A stretch of DNA of 64,000 bases from an uncultured delta proteobacterium (GTDB lineage: Bacteria; Myxococcota_A; Polyangia; Polyangiales; Polyangiaceae): positions 192,001 to 256,000 of the forward strand of contig CAVQUB010000002.1 of the NCBI GenBank assembly GCA_963716725.1, in the 5' to 3' direction. The notes beneath the pieces were generated by a model. That model did not search any database and was not told where the DNA came from. It saw only the letters and a list, made by a program, of their open reading frames with translations. A program made the translations under genes and the position numbers. Each line of letters opens with the position of its first letter. The first letter of the stretch is position 1. Of the stretch, positions 42,568-52,470 are shown piece after piece.

Positions 42568-43823
42568 TGGGCCGGTCGTACGAGTGCGGGGTGCGGAGGC
42601 GCCTCTGCCAGGTGATTTCCGGCGCCGTGAGCGCGCTCTCGGCTGTCGGACTCGTCGTGCTGCTCCCTCGTGGAGTCCGCGCGGACGACGGCGCTCGACC
42701 GATGGTCCAGATCGCGAAGATCCAGGAGGTCGACGGGATCTTCAAGGCGCCCCTCGAGGACGGCAGCAGCGCGGAGCTGACGCTCGATCCGGCGTTGCAG
42801 AAGAGCGCCGCACGCCTCTTGCAGCGCGCGCGCCCCATCGAGGGAGCGATCACGATGATCCACGCGCGCACCGGGCGCGTGCTGGTGTTCGCCGAGCAGA
42901 CGAAGAAGGGCGCCTCGGCCGGCAGCGTCCTACTGGCGTCGCGCCAGCCCGCCGCCAGCGTGTTCAAGCTCGTGACGACCACCGCACTGCTCGAACAACG
43001 CGTGGTGAGCGCCAAGACCGAGGTCTGCACCGCCGGGGGAAGCCACCGCATCGAGCGCCAGCACCTCGAGCCGCCACGCAAAGGCCGCGTAGTCTGCTCG
43101 CCCTTCGGGCTCGCGCTCGGGCACAGCCGCAACGCCGCCTTCGCCCAACTCGCCACGGCGCACCTGTCGCGCGACGAACTGGGCGACGCGGCCCGGCGCT
43201 ACGGCTTCAACCGGGCCCTGCCCTTCGACGCGCGAGCGCTCGTCGGCACGGTGAGCATCCCCGTCGGCGATCTCGATTTCGCGCGGACGGCAGCGGGCTT
43301 CTCCGGCAGCACGCTGTCGCCTCTCGGCGCGGCCCAACTTGCCTACACGGTCGCGACTGGGGGACGCCGCATGCGCATCCGGATGGTCGCCCGCGCGGAC
43401 GGCTTCGAAGCCCCGGAAGGGCGCGAAATGCTCGGCCGAGTCACCGACGAATGGACCGCGAGCCGGCTCGCTCGAATGATGGAAGTCACCGTGGCTGCTG
43501 GAACTTCCGCCGAGGCCTTCGCCGATCCGACCGGTCGCCAGTACCTGCCCCACATGAGGGTGGCGGGCAAGACCGGTACCTTGCAGCCTCGGCCCGATCA
43601 GCCCACGACGAGCTGGTTCACCGGCTTCGCGCCGAGCAAGAAGCCCGAAGTGATCGTGAGCGTGCTGCTGGTCAACGGCAAGTCGTGGAGGCGCAAGGCG
43701 AACGAGGTCGCCCGCGACATGCTGCGCGTGTACTTCCACTCGCGCGGCCGACGCGGAGTCAGCGATCCCTTCGAGGACTCGGCGACGCCTGCGGACGCGC
43801 CAGCGCGATCCGCGAAGCGCTGA
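42568..43823 (+). CDS. Penicillin-binding transpeptidase-domain protein
   Basis: SxxK (SVFK), SxN (SRN), KTG, LTLDPALQ, SWFTGFAP. Start uncertain. Confidence 0.85.
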
Positions 43824-43999
43824 GCCTCCAGGACCTCGCTCCGAAGCACCGCGATTCGCGCGCGCAACGCCGCCAGCGCGGCATGGTGCCGCGATTCGAC
43901 GTCAGCGAAGGCCTCCTTCGAGAGGGCGTGCAGCTGATCGTCCGTCGGCTCGAAATCGGGATCGCCGAAGTTCGCGCGGGCTCCAGCCCTGTCGGTCAT
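43598..43999 (-). CDS. Small antitoxin-like hypothetical protein overlapping the PBP 3' end
   Basis: MTDRAGARANFGDPDFEPTDDQLHALSKEAFADV..., amphipathic helical first 60 aa. Confidence 0.45.
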   Translation of the reverse strand: MTDRAGARANFGDPDFEPTDDQLHALSKEAFADVESRHHAALAALRARIAVLRSEVLEAQRFADRAGASAGVAESSKGSLTPRRPREWKYTRSMSRATSFALRLHDLPLTSSTLTITSGFLLGAKPVNQLVVG

Positions 44000-44051
44000 G
44001 CTCCCGAGCGTACGGCAACCGGCGGGGGAGTCCACCCGCGAAGCCGCCAGC

Positions 44052-45788
44052 TCACCCGCGACGCGGTCGGCGGGACAATCCTGCCAGCGCGAGCAGCCCG
44101 AGCCCAAGGCTCGCGGCGCTGCCGTTGGTCGGCGCGCCGGGCGTGCTGCAGCCGCAACCCTTCTTGGGCGCCGCGGTCACCGGGCCTGCATCTGCGCCGG
44201 CGTCTTCGTCCACCGGCGTGCCGCTGAGCCCGAGGCTCGCGATGGGCGTCAGCACGACCTTGGCCGGATCGATCTGCTTGCGATCCTTACGCGTGAGGTC
44301 GGCCGCCACCCAGGTCTTGCGCAGGCCGCGGTACTCGCGGGGGGGCTTGCCCCAGCGCCAGCGCTCGGGCTTCTCGCACTTCATCATGCCCTTCCAGGGG
44401 TGGAAGGTGTTGAAGCGCGTCTGCAACTGGCTCTTGTCCGCAGGCTTGACCTCGCTCGAGATCTCCATCTTCTCGCCCTTGGGGATGGTCGCGCCGCCAG
44501 CGACGTGACCCGCCGGCACAATCTCGGGATCGTCGGGCAGGTTGCCGGCGTCGTAGCGGTGGTGCAGCCGAGTCACGACGTACTTCTGGCGGGCGAGCAG
44601 CGCCTTGCGACGAGCGAGCTCCACGCGATCGGCCGCCAGTTGCTTCTTGGCTTTCGGGCGCTCCGCGGGCTTCAGCTCCTTGAGCTCGGCTTCCTCTTTC
44701 TTCTTCTCTTCCTCCGTCATCTCGGGAGGCTTGGGGTTGCGTTCTTCTTCGGGCACGAGCAACTCGAGCACGTCGCCGCCCAGCGTGAGCAGCTCGTGGG
44801 GCAAGAGCGGCTCGTTCTGGCACGGGTGACCACAGCCCTCAGCGGGCCAGGCGAACTCGACCAAGAACGACTTGGGTTCCTTGGCTTGAATCATGTCGTG
44901 GATCGCGGCGTAGAACTCGCCCACGCGCTCCTTGACGGCGAAGTCGACCATGATGTTGGTGGGCGGATAAATGTTGCCGTAGTTCTTCACTTCGTAGCGC
45001 TTGTCCGGGCTCAGCACGTAGACGAAGAGCTCCTGCTTCTTGTCGATGCTGAGCAGGCCCAGCTTCGCGGGGATCTTGCTGACCGCGGTCGCGGTCGACC
45101 AACGGATGGGCGAGAGCGAGGCCCGCTCGCCGCCGACCAGCTCCACGCGCTTGGTATCGACCTCCGCCACGATCACGTTCATGCCGGCGTCCAGGTAGGG
45201 CTTGATGGCCGCGCTGGCCTTGTCGCTCACGAGGTAGCCCTTGCCCTTCAGGAAGCCGGCGAGGTCACCGGTCTGATCCTTGCCGAGCACGCTGATGGTG
45301 TATTCGCCCTCCTTGAAGTCGGGCTCCACCGTCATCAGCATCTCCTTCGGCACCTTCTTTTCGCCGCCCACCTGGCCGCCGCCGAGGAACGCCGTCTCCG
45401 CGCTGGCGAGCTTCGAGCGCTCCCACTCTTGCTCGAGCGGTCCCGGATCGCAGGGGTCCATCTCCCAGAACTCCATGAAGCGCGGCGCGGTGAGCATCTC
45501 CATGCGATCCAGGAACTCGCGCTTGAGCGTCTTCACTTTGTCGGCCGTCACGTCTGCCGGCACCGGCATCACGATGGCGAAGGGCTCCAGCGATCCCTCG
45601 TAGTCCGGCATCACACTGACGATGGTTGTGTCGCCTTGTGGCATGATGGCGATGTGGGTTGCGTGGGCGGTGCCCACGCCCTCCTTCTTGCCGACGAAGA
45701 AACCGGGAAAGGCCTCGGCTGCTGGCGCGGCGGTGATGAGCGCGGCGGCCAGAAGCGACGAGGCGGCGGTGGTGATGGGCGTTCGCAT
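44052..45788 (-). CDS. DUF2330-like protein with MYXO-CTERM sorting signal
   Basis: Signal peptide (AEA-FPGFFV), FAIVMPVP, TAPR, VVTRLH. C-terminal GCGC + TM + RRPRR. Confidence 0.85.
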   Translation of the reverse strand: MRTPITTAASSLLAAALITAAPAAEAFPGFFVGKKEGVGTAHATHIAIMPQGDTTIVSVMPDYEGSLEPFAIVMPVPADVTADKVKTLKREFLDRMEMLTAPRFMEFWEMDPCDPGPLEQEWERSKLASAETAFLGGGQVGGEKKVPKEMLMTVEPDFKEGEYTISVLGKDQTGDLAGFLKGKGYLVSDKASAAIKPYLDAGMNVIVAEVDTKRVELVGGERASLSPIRWSTATAVSKIPAKLGLLSIDKKQELFVYVLSPDKRYEVKNYGNIYPPTNIMVDFAVKERVGEFYAAIHDMIQAKEPKSFLVEFAWPAEGCGHPCQNEPLLPHELLTLGGDVLELLVPEEERNPKPPEMTEEEKKKEEAELKELKPAERPKAKKQLAADRVELARRKALLARQKYVVTRLHHRYDAGNLPDDPEIVPAGHVAGGATIPKGEKMEISSEVKPADKSQLQTRFNTFHPWKGMMKCEKPERWRWGKPPREYRGLRKTWVAADLTRKDRKQIDPAKVVLTPIASLGLSGTPVDEDAGADAGPVTAAPKKGCGCSTPGAPTNGSAASLGLGLLALAGLSRRPRRG

Positions 45789-45889
45789 CGGGGCCGGAGA
45801 CTAGCCGACCGTCCGGGGCTCGGCGACAGGCTTCGAGGGGGGGGTGGCCGGGCCGCGCGCCCCGACTCCATGCTATGACCCCGGCCGCC

Positions 45890-47026
45890 ATGGACCTCGA
45901 GCTGAACGAGACCCAGAAGCTGATCGCCAAATCGGCGAGCGACTTCGCCGCGCGCGTGGTCGCGCCGCGCGCCGCCGAGCTGGACAAGAGCGGCGTGTTC
46001 CCCAGCGAGACGGTCCAGGGGCTGGCCGAGCAAGGCCTACTCGGGGTGAACCTGCCGAGCCGCTACGGCGGCGCCGAGGCCGGCGCCGTCTCGTACGCCC
46101 TGGCCATGATCGAGATCGCCAAGGCTTGCGCTTCGACGGCCGTCACCATGGCGGTCACCAACATGGTCGGCGAGGTGGTTCAGACCTTCGGCAGCGAGGC
46201 GCAGCGCGACGAGCACTTGCCCAAGCTCACCAGCGGCGAACACGTGACCGGTGCCTTCGCGCTGAGCGAGCCCGGTGCGGGCAGCGACGCCGCCAACCTG
46301 ACAACCACCGCGACCAAGACCGACGCCGGTTGGGTGATCGACGGGCAGAAACAGTGGATCACCAACGGTGGCTACGCGGGCCTATTCGTGGTCTGGGCAC
46401 GCACCAGCGGACCCGGCGCCAAGGGCATCTCGACCTTCTTGGTGAAGAAGAACACGCCCGGACTCAGCATCGGTCGCCCGGAGAACAAACACGGGCTGCG
46501 TGGCTCCAACACCGTACCCCTGACCTTCGACGAGTGCCTGGTGCCGGCCTCGGCGCTGCTCGGCGAAGAGGGCATGGGGTTCCGCGTCGCCATGATGGCC
46601 CTCGACGGCGGCCGCATCGGCATCTCGTCTCAGGCCATTGGCATCGGAACTGCGGCGCTCGAAGCCTCCGTCGCCTACGCCAAGGAGCGACAGGCCTTCG
46701 GGCGTCCGATCGCTGATTTTCAGGCCATTCAGTGGATGCTCGCGGATAGCCGGACGGAGCTGGAAGCAGCACGCCTGCTGTGTCTGCGCGCCGCGACGCT
46801 CAAGGAGAAGGGCGCAGCCTTCACCCGCGAAGCCTCCATCTCCAAGCTCTTTGCCAGCGAGGCGGCCAACCGCGTCTGCAATCGCGCCATGCAAATCCAT
46901 GGTGGATACGGCTACACGCGGGAGTTTCCCGTGGAGCGCTACTTGCGGGACGTGCGGATCACCACCATCTACGAGGGCACGAGCGAGATCCAACGCATGG
47001 TCATCGCTCGAGACATCCTCCGATAG
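45890..47026 (+). CDS. Acyl-CoA dehydrogenase
   Basis: FALSEPGAGSDA, GQKQWITNG, LDGGRIGI, RQAFG, QIHGGYGY, IYEGTSEIQR. Confidence 0.95.
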   Translation: MDLELNETQKLIAKSASDFAARVVAPRAAELDKSGVFPSETVQGLAEQGLLGVNLPSRYGGAEAGAVSYALAMIEIAKACASTAVTMAVTNMVGEVVQTFGSEAQRDEHLPKLTSGEHVTGAFALSEPGAGSDAANLTTTATKTDAGWVIDGQKQWITNGGYAGLFVVWARTSGPGAKGISTFLVKKNTPGLSIGRPENKHGLRGSNTVPLTFDECLVPASALLGEEGMGFRVAMMALDGGRIGISSQAIGIGTAALEASVAYAKERQAFGRPIADFQAIQWMLADSRTELEAARLLCLRAATLKEKGAAFTREASISKLFASEAANRVCNRAMQIHGGYGYTREFPVERYLRDVRITTIYEGTSEIQRMVIARDILR

Positions 47027-47037
47027 AGCCTACCCAC

Positions 47038-47625
47038 GTGCACGTCGACCTCTCCCGGATCCGCAGCGCGCTCTCGCCCAACTTCACTCCGCTGAGGCCC
47101 GGCGACGCAGGCCAATACGCGGCGGTGGCCACCGTCTTGCGCCCCGGACCGACCGGCGCCGAAGTGCTCTTGATCCGCCGCGCCGAGCACGCGGATGATC
47201 CTTGGTCCGGCCAGATGGCTTTCCCCGGCGGTCGCTTCGCACCGGACGACGCGGATCTGCTCGCGACCGCTCGGCGTGAGACCCGCGAGGAGGTGGGGCT
47301 CGATCTCGGGCGCGCGGCGCGCCTGCTCGGCCCCCTCGATCTACTGCCCGCCGTGGCGCGTGGCCGACGCGTCGGCCTGACCATCGCACCCTTCGTCTTC
47401 GAGCTCGCAGACGACCTCGAGCTGCGCCCGAACCACGAGGTGCTCGAAGCGCTGTGGGCACCGCTCACGGATCTGGCGCGGGGAGCCAACCGCGAAACCG
47501 TCGCTTACGTGCACGAGGGGCAAGAACTCCAGCTGCCGGGCTGGAACGTGAACGGCCGCGTGGTGTGGGGGCTCACCTACCGCATGCTCGAGTCGCTGAT
47601 CAACCGGGTCAGGGAACCTCGTTGA
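47038..47625 (+). CDS. NUDIX hydrolase (CoA pyrophosphatase-like)
   Basis: WSGQMAFPGG...TARRETREEVG, VWGLT. Confidence 0.88.
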   Translation: MHVDLSRIRSALSPNFTPLRPGDAGQYAAVATVLRPGPTGAEVLLIRRAEHADDPWSGQMAFPGGRFAPDDADLLATARRETREEVGLDLGRAARLLGPLDLLPAVARGRRVGLTIAPFVFELADDLELRPNHEVLEALWAPLTDLARGANRETVAYVHEGQELQLPGWNVNGRVVWGLTYRMLESLINRVREPR

Positions 47626-49102
47626 TCTGCGGATCGCAGGCCTGAGCAAAGTCGCAGACGCCGCCGCCCTTGGCGGTGATCGTGAGCGTGTACTGCGAGC
47701 AGGTGCCCGTCGCGCCCGCTTTGCGGCGCACTCGCACCAGATAGGCCTTGGTGTGGGGACCGCAGTGGATGGCCGCGGTGGGCCCGCAGGCCTTCTCTCC
47801 CATCTTGGAGCCCGCCGGTCCCGTGCCGTCCACGCACCAGTCGTAGGCGGTCAGCCCCGAATGCTTGGCGTCTGGCGTGCTGCACGCGCCGCCGCGGATC
47901 ACGTCGAACACGAACTCGCTATTGGTCGTGGGCGCGGTGAACAAGATCTTGACGTGATAACTGTTGGTCGTGCCCTCGTCGCTGTCGACGGTGGTGAAGC
48001 GCCACCAGTCCGCGTCGCTGTCAGAGCTCAGGGTTCCCGAGATGGTGAGCGGCGTGGTGTTGGCATCGGTGACGCTGCCGGCCGACGGCGCCGTCACGCT
48101 GCAGGTGTCGTTGGCGGGTTCATTGGTATCGAGCTTGCAGGCGCAGCCGTTCTTGACGGGCCCAGGCGGGTAGGCTGCATATCCCGTGCTGCAAGACCCG
48201 ATCACGCAGGCGCCGAAGGTGCAGGTCCAGGTGGCGTTCGGGATGGTGCCCTGCGCGGCGCACAGCTTGGCGTCGGTGTCGTCGTCGGGGGTGCCGTTGC
48301 AGTCGTTGTCGGCGCCGTCGCAGATCTCCGCCTGGGGCGCCCCGGCCGTGCAGCCCTCCCACTGGCCCGTGGCCCCGTTGCAGGTCTCGGTTCCTTCGCA
48401 GGTCACCGATCCGTTCGTCTTGGTGCAGCGCCGCTTCACACCGTGGCGCTCGGAGGTGCACGGACAGCTCGCGCCGTTCTTCGGCACGCACATTTTGAGC
48501 GGCTTGGTGGGGGAACCCGCCTCTCCGCTGCCCGCATCGGGCGCGCCCGCATCGATCTGAGGCATTCCCGGCGGATAGGATCCGACCGCAACGCAATCGA
48601 ATCCGGACGGACAGGTCGAGTCCCAGGAGCAGTCCCGAGCGCAAAAGCGATCGATGTTTGGCGAGGGAGTGCAGCGATCGCCCAACAGGGGGCACTCCGC
48701 GTCCAGCGTGCACTTGTCGCATTGGTTGCCGACGTCCGGCACGCAGACGTATCCGTGCGTCGGATGGAAGGTGCAGTACCCGCCGGCGGGGCAGGCCCCC
48801 GAAGCCGGGCACTTCTGGATGCACACCTGCTTCGGGGTCCCTTGGCCGATGTCCGCGCAAAACCCCGTGCCGCAGTCGGCGGTCTGCGTGCAGGGCGAGC
48901 CGAAGCTGCCCGTCGGCCAGCCGCCGTCGTTGCCGGCGATGCCGCCGTCCTTGCCGCCGCCACCGCTGCCATCCGCCGAGGCGTCGCCACCCCCGGCACC
49001 GCCGGGCGGACCGTCCTCGACGCCAACCTCCTCTGCGCAGCCGACGAACCAGATCATCGCCACCGCGACAGCGAAAGCGATGAGGTGTCGCGCGCTGACC
49101 AC
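47609..49102 (-). CDS. Cys-rich lipoprotein with putative metal-binding (MopE-like) repeat
   Basis: Lipobox FVGC, EICDGADNDCNG, NEPANDTC, DADWWRF. Confidence 0.8.
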   Translation of the reverse strand: MVSARHLIAFAVAVAMIWFVGCAEEVGVEDGPPGGAGGGDASADGSGGGGKDGGIAGNDGGWPTGSFGSPCTQTADCGTGFCADIGQGTPKQVCIQKCPASGACPAGGYCTFHPTHGYVCVPDVGNQCDKCTLDAECPLLGDRCTPSPNIDRFCARDCSWDSTCPSGFDCVAVGSYPPGMPQIDAGAPDAGSGEAGSPTKPLKMCVPKNGASCPCTSERHGVKRRCTKTNGSVTCEGTETCNGATGQWEGCTAGAPQAEICDGADNDCNGTPDDDTDAKLCAAQGTIPNATWTCTFGACVIGSCSTGYAAYPPGPVKNGCACKLDTNEPANDTCSVTAPSAGSVTDANTTPLTISGTLSSDSDADWWRFTTVDSDEGTTNSYHVKILFTAPTTNSEFVFDVIRGGACSTPDAKHSGLTAYDWCVDGTGPAGSKMGEKACGPTAAIHCGPHTKAYLVRVRRKAGATGTCSQYTLTITAKGGGVCDFAQACDPQINEVP

Positions 49103-49239
49103 CGGATTTCGAGGATATGCCCCGACGCATGACCCGTCAAACGCGCGGCTGCCTCGCGCTCATCGCTCGAGGCCCCTCGCCGGGCGGGGCGGGCTGAATT
49201 AGGCTCTCTGCGACTCGTGAGGGAGCCGCGTCGAAATCC

Positions 49240-50025
49240 ATGAATCCGGTGATCTCGGGCGAGGTTGGCGCGGGCGGCCGCTGCAAAGTGTGCAGCGGTA
49301 CGCTCTCGGAGTCGTTGCGCTGCGAGCAATGTGGGGCGGTCTACGGCGACAAGAACCGCTGCCCCCACTGCCGTTCGGTCGCCGACGTCGAGCCCGCCGA
49401 GCCGCTGCGCTTTCGATGTCGGATCTGCGGCGGTCCGCGCGTACCGGTCGATGATCACGAGGTGGTCCGGACCGGACGCGAAGTCCCGGTGCTGAAGCAG
49501 GCGAAGAAGGCCCACGCCATCCGCGCGGCCTGGGCAGTGGGAGCCGGCGTGGTGGGCGGGTTCGGCGTGCTCTCGCTGCTCGCGACGCTGCTGGTCATTG
49601 CCTTCGGCGTCGGCGCCATCGCTTCGGTGCTTCTGCTGGCGGCGAACGCCGTCCCATTCCTGGCGGCCGCACTGGCTTGGAAGAAGTCGAAGAAGCAGGG
49701 CAAGCTCCGGGACCAACTCATGGACGATGCCTGGAGCCTGGTGGCTTCGGACGTGCTCGCCCACGCTGGCAACGAGCTTGCAGCCGAAGATCTGGCGAAG
49801 ATCATGCGCGTCGAAGTCGACCGCGCCGAACTGATCCTGGCTCACCTGAGCGCCCACGACTACGTGCACGCGCGCGTGACCGAAGAGGGTGACATCGCCT
49901 ATTCGGTCGGGCCTTCCAAGCTCCGGATCGAGTCGCCCGTCGAAGACCCGCCCGTCGACGATCTCGAGGCTCAGGAAGAGCCGGAAGCGCTGGTCCAGGC
50001 GCGAGCGCCCAAGCCCGAGCCCTGA
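49240..50025 (+). CDS. Zinc-ribbon membrane protein
   Basis: Four CxxC pairs at the N-terminus, then two TM segments. Confidence 0.7.
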   Translation: MNPVISGEVGAGGRCKVCSGTLSESLRCEQCGAVYGDKNRCPHCRSVADVEPAEPLRFRCRICGGPRVPVDDHEVVRTGREVPVLKQAKKAHAIRAAWAVGAGVVGGFGVLSLLATLLVIAFGVGAIASVLLLAANAVPFLAAALAWKKSKKQGKLRDQLMDDAWSLVASDVLAHAGNELAAEDLAKIMRVEVDRAELILAHLSAHDYVHARVTEEGDIAYSVGPSKLRIESPVEDPPVDDLEAQEEPEALVQARAPKPEP

Positions 50026-50173
50026 AGCGACCGCGAAGCCGGCTTCCCTGTCTGCGAAATCCAGTTCGCGCCTGGCCCCGAACAGGCAGGCCGCCGGGGT
50101 AGAAATCCGAGGGCTCCGGCGACTGGCGGTTGGTATGGGATTCGCTGTAGAAACGGCCCAGCCGAAGCGAGCC

Positions 50174-51181
50174 ATGGCGATCGATCACCAGAGCATGTAC
50201 CTGAGCCGCGACGACGCGGAGCCCGATGGCTTCGTTCGGCGGCTGGTGCGCGAGCTTGGAGTGCACGACTGGCTCGTGCTCGTGTTCCTGGTGATCTTGA
50301 CGGTGATCGCCCTGCGCTGCGAGCCCTCTCACGATCAGCGGGTCTCGGCGATCCGCATGGGGTCGCTGCTCGCATTCCAAGTCGCAACGCTGATCCTGGT
50401 CCGCGGCCGCATCCTCAAGCACGGCTTCTGGGCGCCGCTCATGTACCGCTTCGCGATCTACGGCACGGTCCAGCTCAGCTATTTCTTCCTCGCTCGGCTC
50501 TTGCCGCTGGTCAACCCGAGCACGGTCGACCTCGAACTCTACCAGCTCGACCTTCGCTTGTTCGGCTTCGAGCCCGCCATCGCCATGGACGCCATCGTCA
50601 CCCCGGTGACCACCGAGTGGTTTGCGTTCTTCTACTTCGGCTACTTCTTCCTGCTGGCGATCCACGTGATCCCGGTGCTCTTGTTCTCGCGGAGCACGCG
50701 CCTGCTCTCGGAGTTCGCCCTGGGCATGCTCACCGTGTTCTGCGTGGGTCACCTCGTGTACATGCTGGTGCCGGGCTACGGCCCATATCGTGCGCTGGCC
50801 TCCGAGTTCCACAACACGCTGCCCCACGGCATGTGGCGCGACATGGTCATGGCCACGGTGGCCTCCGGCGGCTCGCAGATGGACATCTTCCCGTCGCTGC
50901 ACACCGCTGCGCCGACCTTCATCGCGCTCTTCAGCTTCCGCCACCGGGACAAACTCCCCTTCAAGGCGAGCTGGCCGGTCACCGCGTTCTGCGCGGTCAA
51001 CATCGTGGGCGCCACGATGTTCCTGCGCTGGCACTACGTCATCGACGTGATCGCCGGGCTCTGCCTGGCGACCCTCGCGTTCCAGGTCGGCGTGCGGGTC
51101 ACCGCCTGGGAACTGGCGCGGCGCAGCGAGGCTCGCCTGTCGGAGTCCTGGCCCCGCTTCCGGCGCGGGGCCCTGCCCTGA
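50174..51181 (+). CDS. PAP2-superfamily membrane protein, Aur1/Ipt1 (IPC synthase)-like
   Basis: YMLVPGYGP, IFPSLH, LRWHYVIDVIAG, multiple TM segments. Confidence 0.8.
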   Translation: MAIDHQSMYLSRDDAEPDGFVRRLVRELGVHDWLVLVFLVILTVIALRCEPSHDQRVSAIRMGSLLAFQVATLILVRGRILKHGFWAPLMYRFAIYGTVQLSYFFLARLLPLVNPSTVDLELYQLDLRLFGFEPAIAMDAIVTPVTTEWFAFFYFGYFFLLAIHVIPVLLFSRSTRLLSEFALGMLTVFCVGHLVYMLVPGYGPYRALASEFHNTLPHGMWRDMVMATVASGGSQMDIFPSLHTAAPTFIALFSFRHRDKLPFKASWPVTAFCAVNIVGATMFLRWHYVIDVIAGLCLATLAFQVGVRVTAWELARRSEARLSESWPRFRRGALP

Positions 51182-51185
51182 GCCG

Positions 51186-51839
51186 TCACTTCTCGTAGAC
51201 CTGCGCTGCCGCGATGCCGGAGCCGGCGGACACGATCATCACGACCTTGAGCGGGGCCGGCATGGGCGCGGGCCACTTCCAGCAGTTCGGGTGGGGCGCG
51301 GCCACTGCGTTCGGCGCCGTCGTCTGATCGGTGGCCAGCACCGGCGAGCCGAACCCAGGCAGTGGGCTCTGGGCAACCAGCTGCAGATCCAGGTTCTGCA
51401 CGTTCGGCAGCCCGGCGCCGACGATCGAATAACACTTGCCGGGCTGGGCGGTGAACGTGGTCTCGAGGGTCTGGCCTTGCTGGAAGTTGCCGGCCATCAT
51501 GGTCCCGCCGACGGCCTTCGCGCCCGGCGCGTTCTGCTTCGCCAGCAGATCGAGGGCCTGCCCCGCCGCAGCAGCGCTGGCCGCGTCGAGGGGCGCTGCG
51601 CTGGAGCCCGTCGTGGCGGTGGGCACCGGCGGCGGTGGGGGCGGCGTGGTGGCCGTCGCGGTCGCGGTCGGAGGCGGCGCGGTCGCCACGCACATCTGTC
51701 CGTTCCACGCCTGCCCCGGCGGGCAGCCTGGTCCCGGGCCGGGACCCACGTTCGACTCTTCGCCGCCCTTCTTCTTACAGCCCCCGAGGGACGCGGCGAG
51801 GCAGAGTGAGAGCGTCAGAAGTCCAAGCGTTCGTGCCAT
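51186..51839 (-). CDS. Pro-rich lipoprotein
   Basis: GGAGG RBS, lipobox LGGC, PGKCYSIVG, QVYEK. Confidence 0.75.
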   Translation of the reverse strand: MARTLGLLTLSLCLAASLGGCKKKGGEESNVGPGPGPGCPPGQAWNGQMCVATAPPPTATATATTPPPPPPVPTATTGSSAAPLDAASAAAAGQALDLLAKQNAPGAKAVGGTMMAGNFQQGQTLETTFTAQPGKCYSIVGAGLPNVQNLDLQLVAQSPLPGFGSPVLATDQTTAPNAVAAPHPNCWKWPAPMPAPLKVVMIVSAGSGIAAAQVYEK

Positions 51840-51888
51840 TGAGTGATCCTCCGCCGAGAGAAACGCCGGGAGGCGCGGGAGCTTACAG

Positions 51889-51930
51889 ACGGCAGATCCA
51901 CAGGAAGGCGGGAAGGCGGGAAGGCGGGAG
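51889..51930. repeat. REP-like half element with GCGGGAAG octamers
   Basis: ACGGCAGATCCACAGGAAG-GCGGGAAG-GCGGGAAG-GCGGGAG. The first 19 bp recur exactly at 53736. Confidence 0.75.
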
Positions 51931-51943
51931 GCTCGTGGCCGTC

Positions 51944-51977
51944 TTGACAACGCCGGGGGGGGGGGGGGGGCTACCCT
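51944..51977 (+). promoter_or_regulatory. Sigma70-like promoter with a G16 tract in the spacer
   Basis: TTGACA (51944-51949), ACGCC-G16-C, TACCCT (51972-51977), ATG at 51985. Confidence 0.6.
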
Positions 51978-51984
51978 CATCGTC

Positions 51985-52470
51985 ATGCGAAACCTGGTTC
52001 TGGCGACTGCCTGTTTCACCGTCGCGCTCACCGGCCCCGCAGACGCGGCCAAACACACCGTGTCGGGGGTCGCGTGCATCCCGTACGGAAATCCGAGCCT
52101 AGATTGGAGCAACCTCTCGTACACGAGCTACGGTCCGGCAAATCATAGCGGCACCACCGCGCGGACGATGGTGTGCCCGATAACCTCTCTGCCGACCCAG
52201 CCGACCAACGCGCCGACGTACTACCTCAGCGGCTACGATCGCGATCCATCGGACGAGATCGTGATCTGGTTCTGCGCGTACCAGGACGACGGGAACGGCG
52301 CCGTGTGCCACACCGCTGGCTCGGGCACCACGTACGTCGGCGCCTTTGGCGTCACCCACCTCCCCTCGACGGCCATCCCGTCGGGCGGGTACTTCTTGGT
52401 CTGGGCGACTTTGCCAAAAGTCTGGGTCGGTCAGGTCTCGCACGTCACGGCTTTGGGAGTGGAACAATGA
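51985..52470 (+). CDS. Secreted hypothetical protein
   Basis: Signal peptide (ADA), four Cys in the mature part, beta-rich composition. Confidence 0.7.
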   Translation: MRNLVLATACFTVALTGPADAAKHTVSGVACIPYGNPSLDWSNLSYTSYGPANHSGTTARTMVCPITSLPTQPTNAPTYYLSGYDRDPSDEIVIWFCAYQDDGNGAVCHTAGSGTTYVGAFGVTHLPSTAIPSGGYFLVWATLPKVWVGQVSHVTALGVEQ

